Part shown: piece by piece, positions 10,177 through 20,441 of the stretch
Numbering within the stretch: position 1 is the stretch's first letter
Layout of the letters: each line of letters starts with the position of its first letter
Assembly (NCBI GenBank): GCA_963713845.1
Contig: CAVQNJ010000025.1
Span: 169,417 to 233,416, forward strand
Reading direction: 5' to 3'
Length of the DNA: 64,000 nucleotides
From: an uncultured Alphaproteobacteria bacterium
GTDB lineage: Bacteria; Pseudomonadota; Alphaproteobacteria; Rhizobiales; Beijerinckiaceae
The notes under the pieces: generated by a model
Seen by the model: only the letters and a program-made list of their open reading frames with translations
Databases searched by the model: none
Told to the model about the DNA's origin: nothing
Made by a program: the position numbers and the translations under genes

Positions 10177-11199
10177 TCATATGACGTTGCTGCGCCCGCC
10201 GGACAACAGGTCCGCGATTCCGCGGGTGGAGGGAAATTCTTCGAAGAGGGTGATTGCCGCGATCGCCAGCGGAACGCCAAGAAAGGCCCCGAGCGGTCCC
10301 CACAGAAACGTCCATAGGACGATCGAAAAAAGCACGAGCGGCGGCGAGATCGACAAAGCCGCGCCTGAGAATGTTGGCTCAAGATAGCTTCCAATGACTG
10401 CTTGAATAATTATAACAGCGACAAGCACGAACACTGCGGTTTCAACAGAGGCAAACTGCACGAAAGCGAAAAGCGGAAGCAGTATGGTGACGATGAGCGA
10501 TCCGAGGTATGGGAGATAATTCAGTGAAAAGGCCAGGACGCCACATGCTGCAGCAATCTCAAGTCCAATGAATCGCGCCAATCCCCAGACCGCCAGACCT
10601 GTCGCGATGCTCGCGCCGGTTCGCACCAGAACATAGGTCCGAAATTTTTCTCCGATCCGTCGACCCGCCGTAAGAAGATGACGGCTTACGTCCTGCTGCT
10701 TCAGGGCCGCGATGCGATCTGTTAAAATGTTCGTTTCAGCCAACCCGAGTATGACATAAATCATAACGACGAGGGCAAAGGCCAGAATTGTATTCACGCG
10801 CATTGCGACGACCTGAAGAATTCGAAGAACCGTCGCGGGATTGAAGTGATCCGAGAGCATCGTAAAGATAAAGATGTCATGGTCTTCAAGCCATGATGTC
10901 GAGGAAATCAGAGATTGCTGTATGCGATCGAGGTTTTGGCTAACCCAGTCCGCAACCTCACGTCCTTCCCAAACGATCAAGGAAAGCAGTGCAAGAACCG
11001 CGGCGGATGTGATGACGACCGTGATCGTCAAAGCAGCCGCCTTTCCAATTTTCGATTGTAGCCACTTTTGCAATGGCCACGCGATCTCGATGATGAAAAT
11101 CGCAAAAACGACCGGTTCGAAGACGACCTGAGCTACTTTGCACGCAGACAGAGCAATGATCAGAGCAATTACGCCCAAATAAAACCGTGCCTCGCCCAT
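10177..11199 (-). CDS. AI-2E family transporter (second copy)
   Basis: LNYLPYLGS, GSYLEP and WGPLGAFLGVPL motifs. Confidence 0.85.
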   Translation of the reverse strand: MGEARFYLGVIALIIALSACKVAQVVFEPVVFAIFIIEIAWPLQKWLQSKIGKAAALTITVVITSAAVLALLSLIVWEGREVADWVSQNLDRIQQSLISSTSWLEDHDIFIFTMLSDHFNPATVLRILQVVAMRVNTILAFALVVMIYVILGLAETNILTDRIAALKQQDVSRHLLTAGRRIGEKFRTYVLVRTGASIATGLAVWGLARFIGLEIAAACGVLAFSLNYLPYLGSLIVTILLPLFAFVQFASVETAVFVLVAVIIIQAVIGSYLEPTFSGAALSISPPLVLFSIVLWTFLWGPLGAFLGVPLAIAAITLFEEFPSTRGIADLLSGGRSNVI

Positions 11200-11492
11200 G
11201 ATGATTTTCGATCCTTCACGTGCGAGGCCCCAGAGCGCTGGAGCGCGCACCCGAACTGCGCCTGGTCGCACGCGTCAGCGTTTCACCGAACGCCTCAATG
11301 AGCTGAGCGCGATACTTAGTCGGACCAACCTTATTTGCGCGCGAGAGTCAATCGCTGTTGTTAAGTTACAGATGTTTTTTGATGGGGACAGTCGTTCGAC
11401 GCTTCCATTGTGGGCGCGATAAAATCCAGCTTGCAATATCCTATTCCATCGTAAACATTTGAGCGAGGCCAACCATTTTTGAGAGTCGATCG

Positions 11493-12071
11493 ATGTCGCG
11501 ACAATTTGATGTTTTCGTTGCCGAAGCCCCTGACCTCCTCGCCGTGCATTGGGGGTGGGTCGTCGCACTCGGCGTTCTGATCGGAGCCTTGGGAATTCTT
11601 GCAATTCTGCGCGCGCAGATCGCGACTGTCCTCGCCGTCGGATTTCTCGGGGTCCTGCTAGTCGTCAGTGCGGCGGCCATCTTCGTCTTTGCGTTCTCCG
11701 CGGCGGGCTATTGGACGGATTTCTTCATCCATGTCGTGTGGGCGATACTTGTCGCGATTGTGGGGATCATTCTCCTCACGCGGCCTGCAATCGGCGCGGA
11801 AGCCATCACGCTTGTCGTCGCGTTCTACTTTATTGCAGAGGGGCTGTTTATTGTCGCCTTCGCTTTGTTCTCACATCTCGAAGGTCTCTGGATTTATCTG
11901 ACCCAAGGGTTCTTCGCCTTTTTATTGGGAGCGCTTCTGCTGATCGGCTGGCCATTCTCCGGCCTATGGGCCATCGGGACATTTCTCGGCGTTGACCTGC
12001 TCTTCAAGGGATGGGCGATCGTCGCGCTTGGACTTGGACTTCGCGCCATTTCGGAAGGCAAGCTCCTTTAA
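11493..12071 (+). CDS. HdeD/DUF308 family membrane protein
   Basis: Repeated DUF308-like helices; WPFSGLWAIGTFLGVDLLFKGW C-terminal signature. Confidence 0.8.
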   Translation: MSRQFDVFVAEAPDLLAVHWGWVVALGVLIGALGILAILRAQIATVLAVGFLGVLLVVSAAAIFVFAFSAAGYWTDFFIHVVWAILVAIVGIILLTRPAIGAEAITLVVAFYFIAEGLFIVAFALFSHLEGLWIYLTQGFFAFLLGALLLIGWPFSGLWAIGTFLGVDLLFKGWAIVALGLGLRAISEGKLL

Positions 12072-12184
12072 GGGTCAAACGACACTTTTTATACAGAGCA
12101 GTCGAGAATAACGGCGCCCGCTGTTCTCAATCCTGGAGCTGAGGGCTTAAAGCTAACCCGTCGATAAAAATTATTTATAGGGTT

Positions 12185-13634
12185 TTAGAAGGAACCGAAC
12201 TTCGACCCGAGTGCGATGACTGCGACGAGCGAAATAATGGCGCCGACAATGGCGACGACGACGATGTCGAAATAGCTTTCGCTATGCTTGCATCCACAGA
12301 CGGCGAGCAGAGTAACGATAGCGCCATTGTGAGGAAGGCTGTCGAGCGTTCCCGCGCCGATCACGGCGACTCGGTGCAGCAGCGCTGGATCAATTCCTTT
12401 TTGTTCGGCGAGGCGCAGGTAGGTTTCGCCGAGCGTGTCGAGGGCGATCGTCAAGCCGCCGGAAGCCGACCCGGTGAGTGAGGCAAGAACATTTGTCGCA
12501 ATTGCAAGAGATACGAGCGGGCCACCGTCTATGCCAAGCACCCAGCCGCGTACGGCGGCGAAAGCGGGCATTGCGGCGACAACTGCGCCGAAGCCAACGA
12601 GGCTCGCGACACTGACCAACGGCAATACAGACGCTGTGACGCCGGCGTCGACGCTTTCGCGGATCGCCGTCAGGCGGCGCCAATTCAAGATGATGAGCGT
12701 CACGATCGCGGCGGCGAGAGCGACAATAACCGACCAGACGCCGCCAACCGCCGCAAGCGTTGTCGGTCCCCAGCGCTCCTCGGACAGGAACAGAATCGTC
12801 CATGCGCGGAAGCACACGCAACGACATCAACAGATTCACGCCGATGACCACGATGAGCGGAAGCGCGGCGACGACAACGTTTGGTCCCTCGGCCCGCTGA
12901 CCATGGGGTATTTCAGCAAGATCGAATTCGCGGGCAGTCGCGGCCCGCTCGCGAATCGCCTGATCCTGCGTCACATCGCCTGCGGACGCCGCGTCTGCGC
13001 CATAACCTTCCCCGCGTCGTCGGGCCGAGGTTTCGGCGCGCAAAAGCCACCACATGCCGAAAATCAGCATGATGAGCGACGCAATGACGCCGAGTCCGGG
13101 CGCCGCGAAGGCCGTTGTGCCGAAGAAAGGCATCGGAATGGCGTTCTGAATCGCCGGCGTGCCTGGCAGCGCCGACATCGTGAACGTTGAAGTTCCAAGC
13201 GCGATGGCCGCGGGCGCGAGGCGGCGCGGAGTACCCGCCTTACGGAACAATTCCTGCGCCATCGGCGCGAGAACAAAAAATGCGACGAACAGACTGACGC
13301 CGCCATAGGTGACAAGAGCGCCGGCCAGCACAACGGACAGAATCGCGCGGCTGGGTCCGAATTTCTCCGCCATGAAATGCGCGATGGCGGTAACCGAGCC
13401 GCTATCGTCCATCAACTTGCCGAAGAGTGCGCCGAGCAGGAAAATGGGGAAAAATTGAGCGACGAACCGCGAGGCGCCGACCATAAAAGTGACCGTCCAA
13501 TGCGCGAGCAACGGCTCGCCGGCGAAGAGCGCCGCGGCGAGCGCGGCCAAAGGCGCAAGCAGGAGCACGCTCCAGCCTCGATAGGCGAACCAGATGAGAC
13601 CGCAAAGCGCGACCATAATGCCGAACAGACCCAT
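12185..13634 (-). CDS. GntP-family permease (3-hydroxybutyrate/organic acid permease-like); frameshift ~12790
   Basis: FLLGALFGKLM, YGGVSLFVAFF, ALPGTPAIQN; C-terminal part has TGSASGG and LDSLPHNGA. Confidence 0.8.
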
Positions 13635-13650
13635 CGGATCAAATCCCCTC

Positions 13651-14658
13651 TCAGAAATTGTCCAGATCGAGTGTCGAACGGCGCCCGAGATCGTCACCGT
13701 GCGAATCAAGGAAAGCTTGCGCGGAGCGACGTCCTTCGTCACGCAGCATCCGAAGGAAATCCCACTCGGCGAGCAATTTCGATGACGCACTGAGTTGCGT
13801 CATCATGTCGGAGGCAATGCGATGGATGCGCATCTCGGCCCATTGCGCCCCTTCTTCGCCAGCAGGATTCGCCGCCCGCCGCAGCAGCGCGATCATGCGC
13901 AACTCCTTGAGAAGAACCGAGTTGAAGGAAACTTCGTTCAATCGGTTCAGGATATCCGTTGCAGAACGTGGCTTCTCCTTCCGCTCGACCGGATTGATTT
14001 GCACGAGGATCGTGTCGCGCGACACGCATTCTCGGACAAGCGGCGTGATAGTCGGATTGCCGGCGTAACCGCCGTCCCAATACTCCTCTCCATCGATCTC
14101 GATGGCCTGAAACATCGTCGGCAGACAAGCAGAGGCGAGCAGCGCGTCGGCCGTCAGGTCGTGATTTCGGAAAACGCGGGCGCGTCCCGTCGAAACATTC
14201 GTCGCCGTTACGAAGATCTTGATTGGCGCCGCCGCAAGACGCTCAAAATCGACCACGTCGGCGAGGATGTCATGCAACGGGTTTACCGCGTTGGTCGCGA
14301 AGTAATAGGGCGAATAGAGCCGCGATAACAGATCCGTCGCGATGAACGCCGGCGATGAGTCGAGAGTCCAGCGGCCAAGCAGAATATCGATCGGGCTTCG
14401 CTGCAACGGGCTGAGCCGCGCCGCCTCCGAGACGCGACGCCAGAAGCGCTCCAGCGTCTCGCGCGCGCCCGGACTGCCGCCGCTGGCATAACCGCTGATC
14501 AATGCCGCAGCGTTCATCGCACCGGCGGATGTCCCTGAAATCCCTTCGATCTTGAGACGGTTTTCCTCGAGAAGGCGATCGAGAACGCCCCAGGTGTAGG
14601 CCCCATGAGCCCCCCCGCCTTGCAGAGCAAGGTCTATCGCGATCAAGCCGCTTTCCAT
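13651..14658 (-). CDS. Patatin-like phospholipase/esterase
   Basis: GGGAHG oxyanion loop, GTSAG nucleophile, DGG catalytic motif. Confidence 0.9.
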   Translation of the reverse strand: MESGLIAIDLALQGGGAHGAYTWGVLDRLLEENRLKIEGISGTSAGAMNAAALISGYASGGSPGARETLERFWRRVSEAARLSPLQRSPIDILLGRWTLDSSPAFIATDLLSRLYSPYYFATNAVNPLHDILADVVDFERLAAAPIKIFVTATNVSTGRARVFRNHDLTADALLASACLPTMFQAIEIDGEEYWDGGYAGNPTITPLVRECVSRDTILVQINPVERKEKPRSATDILNRLNEVSFNSVLLKELRMIALLRRAANPAGEEGAQWAEMRIHRIASDMMTQLSASSKLLAEWDFLRMLRDEGRRSAQAFLDSHGDDLGRRSTLDLDNF

Positions 14659-14929
14659 CCGCCACCTTCCACGCACGTTCAATCATAAGTCGCCTTGCGC
14701 GTCAGCAAGAATATTGCGGGCTAGAACATAGAGGCGATCTGGAAGACGGGGAGATGAATGTCTGTCCCTTTTCCGACATCAAGTCGTCGAGCGATGGATT
14801 TAGGGAGATGGCGCGGTCTCTCGCTGTCACGACGGTTTGCATCCAGAGCAGCGATTTACGCTTGCCGCGTTGGAATTGGCGTCGGGCTTCGGGCGCAAGA
14901 GCGGGCACAATCGCACCAGAATCGATCAT

Positions 14930-14957
14930 TTGACATTTTCTATGGATTTGATAGGAT
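14930..14957 (+). promoter_or_regulatory. Putative sigma70 promoter
   Basis: Perfect TTGACA at 14930-14935, 16-nt spacer, TAGGAT at 14952-14957 in an AT-rich context. Confidence 0.5.
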
Positions 14958-14963
14958 ATTTAC

Positions 14964-15132
14964 GTGGCGCATCACTGTCTGGGCTTCGGTCGGTTAAGGC
15001 GAACCATCGACTTCCATCCTAAACACGAGATGAGCCGCCATACCGGTTATAGGACGCAGCACCCGACCCACGGACCTTCTATAACCTGGTGGCAGCCCGC
15101 CCAATGGACCCTCTGGGCGGGCTGCTCTTTTT
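14964..15132 (+). ncRNA. Candidate structured small RNA (~170 nt)
   Basis: Bounded by a promoter and an intrinsic terminator; internal stems TCGGT.GGTT/AACC.ATCGA and GGTTATAG/CTATAACC; no convincing ORF. Confidence 0.5.
15092..15132 (+). terminator. Rho-independent terminator
   Basis: Perfect 12-bp stem GCAGCCCGCCCA/TGGGCGGGCTGC followed by TCTTTTT. Confidence 0.8.
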
Positions 15133-15258
15133 CCCTGCACGCATCCTAAATAACCGCATAGTGCGATATTATCGACCTCGCAGGAATTTTTTCATGGCGC
15201 GACTCAATCAACGGGTAAGGACACTTATTTTCTTACGCGTAACTGGGGAGGCGCATTC

Positions 15259-15582
15259 GTGACCGCGACAACGCGCGCCGTGCACATCCTCGTTGAAGGT
15301 CGTGTGCAAAATGTTGGCTATCGCGTTTTTGTAGCGCGCGAGGCCGGTCGGCTTCAATTGCATGGTTTCGTCCGCAATCACAGCGACGGCTCGGTCGAAA
15401 CCTTTGTCGAGGGACCGTCGCAAAAGATCGACGAGTTTCTCGCTTTAGCGACAAAGGGGCCGAAGACCGCGGAAATTAGGGCGATCCGCATTGAGGACGC
15501 CGGCGCCGACGCTTTGGCGGAATTCACGGCTCTTGTCGAGGATCAAGGCGCAGAAGGCTTCTTCGCCGCCCCCGCCAAATGA
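15259..15582 (+). CDS. acyP: Acylphosphatase
   Basis: GRVQNVGYR and GFVRNHSDGSVE motifs; GGGGAGG RBS. Confidence 0.9.
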   Translation: MTATTRAVHILVEGRVQNVGYRVFVAREAGRLQLHGFVRNHSDGSVETFVEGPSQKIDEFLALATKGPKTAEIRAIRIEDAGADALAEFTALVEDQGAEGFFAAPAK

Positions 15583-15688
15583 CGCGCCGGGTGGGGACGC
15601 TCGCCGCGCGGGAGAACCCCCTCGCGGCGACAACGCAGCGCTACGCGGCAGTCTTTCCACTGCGAGCGTCTTCGCTGATCCGCTTGCG

Positions 15689-17020
15689 CTATTCCGCGGC
15701 CTTTCGCATCTCGGAATAGGTGCATTGCGTTTCCACCGCGCCTGATGTGCGGGGCCGCATCGGGATGATTTTCGATTCGGTAAAGGGGAGTTCGAGCGTC
15801 TCCCAGACGTCGACCATCGCTTCCACCAGTTCGGCGACATGCGCTTCGTCGTGACGCGGCGTGGGTGTGATGCGCAAGCGCTCCGTGCCGATCGCGACAG
15901 TAGGATAGTTGATCGGTTGAATATAAATTGAGTGTCGGCGCAGTAGAAGATCGCTCGCCGCCTTGCATCGCGCCGCGTCTCCAACCATGACCGGCACAAT
16001 GTGCGAGACATTGTGCATTACCGGGAGGCCAGCGGCGCGAAGCGCGTGCTTTGTTAGCAGCGCCATATGCTGATGCCGCGTGCGCTCCTCGCCTGAATGT
16101 TTAAGATGACGCACGGCGGCGCGTGCGCAGGCCGCGACCATCGGCGGTAGCGTAGTGGTAAAGATGAATTGCGGCGCATAGCTGCGCACCGCGTCCACGA
16201 TCGCTGGGCTTGCCGTGATATAACCGCCGAGCGCGCCGAACCCCTTCGCAAGCGTGCCTTCGATGACGTCTATGCGACTTTCAACGCCCTCACGCTGACA
16301 GATTCCACCGCCTCGCGCGCCATACATGCCGACCGCATGCACCTCGTCGACATAAGTCAGCGCGTTGTATTTTTCCGCTAGCGCGACGATCTCGGCAACA
16401 GGAGCGATGTCGCCATCCATGGAATATAGGCTTTCGAAGACAATGAGCTTGGCGCGTTCCTTGCCGGCGGCTTTCAGTAATTGTTCGAGATGATCGACGT
16501 CGTTATGGCGCCAGACCTGTTTTTCGCAGCCCGAACGTCGCACGCCTTCAATCATCGAATTGTGGTTGAGCGCGTCGGAGAGAATCAGGCAATCGGGCAG
16601 CAGTGAGGCAATCGTCGAAATTCCCGCCAGATTAGACACCCAGCCAGAGGTGAAGACGAGCGCCGCCGGCTTGCCGTGAAGGTCGGCGAGCTCGGCCTCA
16701 AGCTCGACAATCGGATTGTGTGTTCCGGAAATATTGCGGGTTCCGCCGGCCCCGGCGCCATGGCGTTCAAGCGCGTCGCGCGCCGCCTCAAGCGATGCGG
16801 GATGGCCGCCCATGCCGAGATAGTCGTTTGAACACCAGATTGTAACCTCACGCGGGGCGTGTTCCTCGCCCTCCGGTCGCCACAGGGCTACGGGAAAGCG
16901 TGCGGCGTCGCGTTCGAGATTGGCGAAAATCCGATAGCGGTTCTCCATCTTCAACCGCGCAATTGCCGAATGGAAATGCTGGTCGTAGGACAAGGCGATC
17001 GGGTTCATCTGACTCTCCAT
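15689..17020 (-). CDS. hemA: 5-aminolevulinate synthase
   Basis: [30 protein letters not shown] and GTLAKGFG (PLP lysine). Confidence 0.95.
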   Translation of the reverse strand: MESQMNPIALSYDQHFHSAIARLKMENRYRIFANLERDAARFPVALWRPEGEEHAPREVTIWCSNDYLGMGGHPASLEAARDALERHGAGAGGTRNISGTHNPIVELEAELADLHGKPAALVFTSGWVSNLAGISTIASLLPDCLILSDALNHNSMIEGVRRSGCEKQVWRHNDVDHLEQLLKAAGKERAKLIVFESLYSMDGDIAPVAEIVALAEKYNALTYVDEVHAVGMYGARGGGICQREGVESRIDVIEGTLAKGFGALGGYITASPAIVDAVRSYAPQFIFTTTLPPMVAACARAAVRHLKHSGEERTRHQHMALLTKHALRAAGLPVMHNVSHIVPVMVGDAARCKAASDLLLRRHSIYIQPINYPTVAIGTERLRITPTPRHDEAHVAELVEAMVDVWETLELPFTESKIIPMRPRTSGAVETQCTYSEMRKAAE

Positions 17021-17069
17021 CTCGGCGTAATAATCATCGTTTCCTCAATGCGCCCTTCTCCGTGGCGCA

Positions 17070-17912
17070 CTAAATTCCGCCCGCAACGCGGGTGCCTTCA
17101 ATAGTCGAGACGCGCAACGAATCGATCTCGTCGCGACTGTCGGCGGCGCCTGGCGTGTCACTTTCCTTCACGCCCCAGGACCAAAGCGTGTTGGCGTGCA
17201 ACGGCGCCACGAGGAACCAATGTTCGGCGACCGCGAGCGCCATCAGCGTCGCGAGAACGGCGCCGCCGACAAGATCAAACGGCGTTGTCGCCGCCAGCGC
17301 ATTCTGCGCGATCAGCACCGTCACGATGGTCGAAGCGGTGACGGAGATCGGGAAAAAAAGGTTCATCGGCCGGCGGCGCATATAAGTGACGAGATAGCGG
17401 AGATGCTCGGGCAGCAGCTCCTCGCTCAAATTCGGCGCGCCGAAGTAGAGGTTGAGTTTCGCGCTCGTGTGCATCCACCACAGAATGAGAAAGGTCCAAA
17501 GACCAATCTGGTTCGGCTGGCCCCATGTAAGTGCGACAAGCAAGAGGGCGCAGATGATGATCGCAAGTTCGTGATAGAGACTTGTGCGCACCGCCTCGAC
17601 GAATCGGCGCCAGCCCCGCAGTTGCGGCGGACAGTGAGCTTGGTTCGGTCCGGTGATGAAGCCCATATAATAGCTGACGAGTTGCCAGGCCCAAGCCATG
17701 AGGCCGCAGGAAAAGGCGCAATAGGCCGCCGCGGCGCTTGTCTCACCGCTCGTCGCGGACACGCCCCACAGAGCGATCAGGAATGCCGACGTCGCCCCGG
17801 CCATGCTCCATGCAAAAGTGCGGCGGGAAAGACCGTCGAGGTACAGGATCACGCCGGTGCTTGCCCACCAAAGCAGGAGGGTCGCGAAGATCGGTGGGGC
17901 ATAAGCTGACAT
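17070..17912 (-). CDS. puhE: Photosynthetic complex assembly protein PuhE
   Basis: WWASTG, SAKLNLYFG and EHWFLV motifs; position between acsF and hemA. Confidence 0.9.
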   Translation of the reverse strand: MSAYAPPIFATLLLWWASTGVILYLDGLSRRTFAWSMAGATSAFLIALWGVSATSGETSAAAAYCAFSCGLMAWAWQLVSYYMGFITGPNQAHCPPQLRGWRRFVEAVRTSLYHELAIIICALLLVALTWGQPNQIGLWTFLILWWMHTSAKLNLYFGAPNLSEELLPEHLRYLVTYMRRRPMNLFFPISVTASTIVTVLIAQNALAATTPFDLVGGAVLATLMALAVAEHWFLVAPLHANTLWSWGVKESDTPGAADSRDEIDSLRVSTIEGTRVAGGI

Positions 17913-17920
17913 GAATTGCC

Positions 17921-18982
17921 TCACCACACTGGCGCCAGTCGGATCTCCGCCGGCAGCGCGTTGGATTTTGCGGGCAGAAAATAGAGCCGGGCAAACACAA
18001 ACGCCGCTCCGGCTGCAAGCCATGCTTGTTTAATGCGCCCAAAGACGCCGCCGTGCTGTTTGACCTGTGCGATCGCGCGCTCAAGTTCGACGAGGCGGTC
18101 AAGCCCCGCCTTGAACGAGGGATCGTCGATATCGAGCGTGATCGGGAAGACCTGCTTGGAAATCTCGGACGTCAGATGGAAGACTTTGAAGTCGTATTCG
18201 TCCGGATGCACGCCAATTGCCGAGTGGAAGGCCGGCCGACAATGATCGCGCACGTACATCGTCGCAAAAACCGCGAGAAGGAAGAATTTTATCCAGTAGA
18301 CGTTGTGACCGGAGATCAGTCGTGGATTGGCCCGCATCAGCAGCGCAAAGGCCTCGCCGTGCCGGAATTCGTCATTGCACCACTTCTCGAACCATTTGAA
18401 GATCGGATGAAAACGCCGTTCGGGATGGCGTTCGAGCTGACGGTAAATGGTGATATAGCGCGCGTAGCCGATCTTCTCCGAGAGATAGGTGGCGTAGAAG
18501 ATGAACTTCGGCTTGAAAAATGTGTATTTCTTCGCTTTCGTCAAGAAGCTCAAATCGATGCCGATGCCGAAGTCCTTCAACGTATCATTGATGAAGCCGG
18601 CGTGGCGCGCTTCGTCGCGGCTCATGAAGGCAAAGAGATTCTTCATGTCCTGATTGTGAGCACGCTTCTTCATTTCCGCGTAGAGCACGCATCCGGAAAA
18701 CTCCGCCGTGATCGAGCTGATGAGAAAGTCGCGAAACTCCTTGTCGAGTTCTTCCGGATAGGTGAAATCGGCGTCGAACTCATCGGTCCGCTGGAAATGC
18801 CTGTTGTTGGGGTCGGAGCGCAACTCGTCCATCAGCGCGTCCCACTCCTTCCTAACGGCGGAGACGTCAGTCTTGTCTAGTTCATCAAAATCCGTCGTAT
18901 AGAAACGCGGGCTGAGCAGCGTGCTCTCCTGGGCGGCGCGCGTCGCATCCAGCGAGACGTTGTGGCGCAACGGAGCGTTCAT
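17921..18982 (-). CDS. acsF: Aerobic Mg-protoporphyrin IX monomethyl ester cyclase
   Basis: [11 protein letters not shown]; diiron motifs AEFSG, DEARH, SEKIGY, DEFRH. Confidence 0.97.
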   Translation of the reverse strand: MNAPLRHNVSLDATRAAQESTLLSPRFYTTDFDELDKTDVSAVRKEWDALMDELRSDPNNRHFQRTDEFDADFTYPEELDKEFRDFLISSITAEFSGCVLYAEMKKRAHNQDMKNLFAFMSRDEARHAGFINDTLKDFGIGIDLSFLTKAKKYTFFKPKFIFYATYLSEKIGYARYITIYRQLERHPERRFHPIFKWFEKWCNDEFRHGEAFALLMRANPRLISGHNVYWIKFFLLAVFATMYVRDHCRPAFHSAIGVHPDEYDFKVFHLTSEISKQVFPITLDIDDPSFKAGLDRLVELERAIAQVKQHGGVFGRIKQAWLAAGAAFVFARLYFLPAKSNALPAEIRLAPVW

Positions 18983-19290
18983 AGCACTCTCCTGTTCGTG
19001 AAGCTGACGTCATAGAGTTCGTTCAGTTCGAAATTGCCGGAAATCCGCGTCCAGAAGCGCTCGATCAGCCCAGCGCGAACGATGGTTGCGCGTCGGGTCA
19101 CCTTGATGCGACAGCCAAACGGCGCATCCTTGGGGGGATTCTGCACCAAGACCCTGTCGCCCGGTCGCATCTCAAAATCGCCGTGGATCTCCACATGCGC
19201 AAAGAGACTCTCTGCGGTGTGACCGATTTCGACAGTGCAGGGCGCGTCGAAGGTCTTGCGCGTGAGCGCGAAGTTCCATTTCCTGCTCAT
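18979..19290 (-). CDS. Conserved PGC hypothetical protein between puhC and acsF
   Basis: Translationally coupled on both sides; [18 protein letters not shown] and ELYDVSF motifs. Confidence 0.75.
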   Translation of the reverse strand: MSRKWNFALTRKTFDAPCTVEIGHTAESLFAHVEIHGDFEMRPGDRVLVQNPPKDAPFGCRIKVTRRATIVRAGLIERFWTRISGNFELNELYDVSFTNRRVL

Positions 19291-19769
19291 CGTTCGCGAC
19301 GTCTTTCGTTGAAAAGCTGCGCGAAGGCGCGCGCATTATCGGGCCCGAATGCGTCGAGATTGACGCGGCGGTTTGTCGTCGCGTCTTCAAGGGAGAGAGT
19401 GCCGTCGCTCCAGCGTGTCAGCGTGAAGGGCATGGCGCCGTCCTGATCCGCGCGGCGGCGCTCACGCGCCAGTCCGCGCAATGTCGAGCGCACGAATCCA
19501 TAGGCGCCAGGCTGCACGACATAGATGGCCTCGCCGTCGCGCGCATCGCGCACGGTGACAGCGCCGTCCGGTCGATCTTCGAAGCGTAGCGCAAGCGTCT
19601 CCATTGCGTTGGCCGGCGGCATATGGAGCGTGCCGACATCCGTCTGACGGGCGACGCCCGCACTCAAAAGCGCAAAGCCGACGAGAATCGCGGCGCCGCG
19701 AAGGATTCGGCGCGGCACTCCGTCGTGATCTGCTACATTTTTTCCGATTGACGCTTGGCTCATGGTCAA
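19287..19769 (-). CDS. puhC: Photosynthetic complex assembly protein PuhC
   Basis: LRFEDRPDGAV, GFVRSTLRGLARERR and LDAFGPDN motifs. Confidence 0.9.
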   Translation of the reverse strand: MTMSQASIGKNVADHDGVPRRILRGAAILVGFALLSAGVARQTDVGTLHMPPANAMETLALRFEDRPDGAVTVRDARDGEAIYVVQPGAYGFVRSTLRGLARERRRADQDGAMPFTLTRWSDGTLSLEDATTNRRVNLDAFGPDNARAFAQLFNERRRER

Positions 19770-19781
19770 CGCCCTTCTTGA

Positions 19782-20441
19782 TCACGCTGCGACAACGTTA
19801 CCCGCTGCAACAGGCGCTTCCGCCGTGGATTCATTGGTCGATCCCGACTCGGTCGTGAAGGTGGCGCCGCGCTCATTGGCGGCCACGACCAAAGCGCGCC
19901 CAAGTATCTCACCGACATTCTGCACCCCCGCGAGACCACGCAACGCAGGCTCCGGCTCGGCGAAGTGAAGGGGCCGTGCGAAAGGCCACAAGTGCAGATA
20001 GCCGATGCGTCTGTCCTGCGAGATGCGCAGCGTTACATCGCCGGAACCGTCGTTCTCGACGCGCAACGCCGCATTCCGGATCTCGGAGAAGGGAAGATTA
20101 TAGAAGACCTGCAGGGCGACACCGATCTTCATCACGACGCGGCGAGTTGTGATGACGAATAGAGCCGTTCGGGCTGAAGCCCAGGCGAGTAAAGCGAGTA
20201 ACGCAAGCGCGGCTAGCCCGATCGCCAGCGTGCGGGCGCCTGCTATTGCTGCCGCGCCGGCGCCCGCGCCAACCGCATCGACCGCGTTCCATATTGCGAG
20301 CAGGACGAAATAGCCTGCGACAAGATCGGCGCGATATGCGCGGCGGAAAAGCGAAATCCAGTTCGGACGCCCGTGCCAGAGTATACGCTCGCCTTGCGGG
20401 ATGTCCTCGGGCAACAGCTTCTCGAGATTTACGGCTTTCAT
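19782..20441 (-). CDS. puhB: Photosynthetic complex assembly protein PuhB
   Basis: LPEDIPQGERILWHGRP, ITTRRVVMKIGVAL and LWPFARP motifs. Confidence 0.9.
   Translation of the reverse strand: MKAVNLEKLLPEDIPQGERILWHGRPNWISLFRRAYRADLVAGYFVLLAIWNAVDAVGAGAGAAAIAGARTLAIGLAALALLALLAWASARTALFVITTRRVVMKIGVALQVFYNLPFSEIRNAALRVENDGSGDVTLRISQDRRIGYLHLWPFARPLHFAEPEPALRGLAGVQNVGEILGRALVVAANERGATFTTESGSTNESTAEAPVAAGNVVAA

Noticed and set aside
14964-15149. 61-aa ORF in the patatin-acyP intergenic region
   Set aside because: No RBS, runs through an intrinsic terminator, no recognisable motif; an RNA element explains the region better
15594-15672. Nested inverted repeats between acyP and hemA as a mobile element or riboswitch
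   Set aside because: Short GC hairpins between convergent genes are adequately explained as a terminator/stability structure; no second copy noticed
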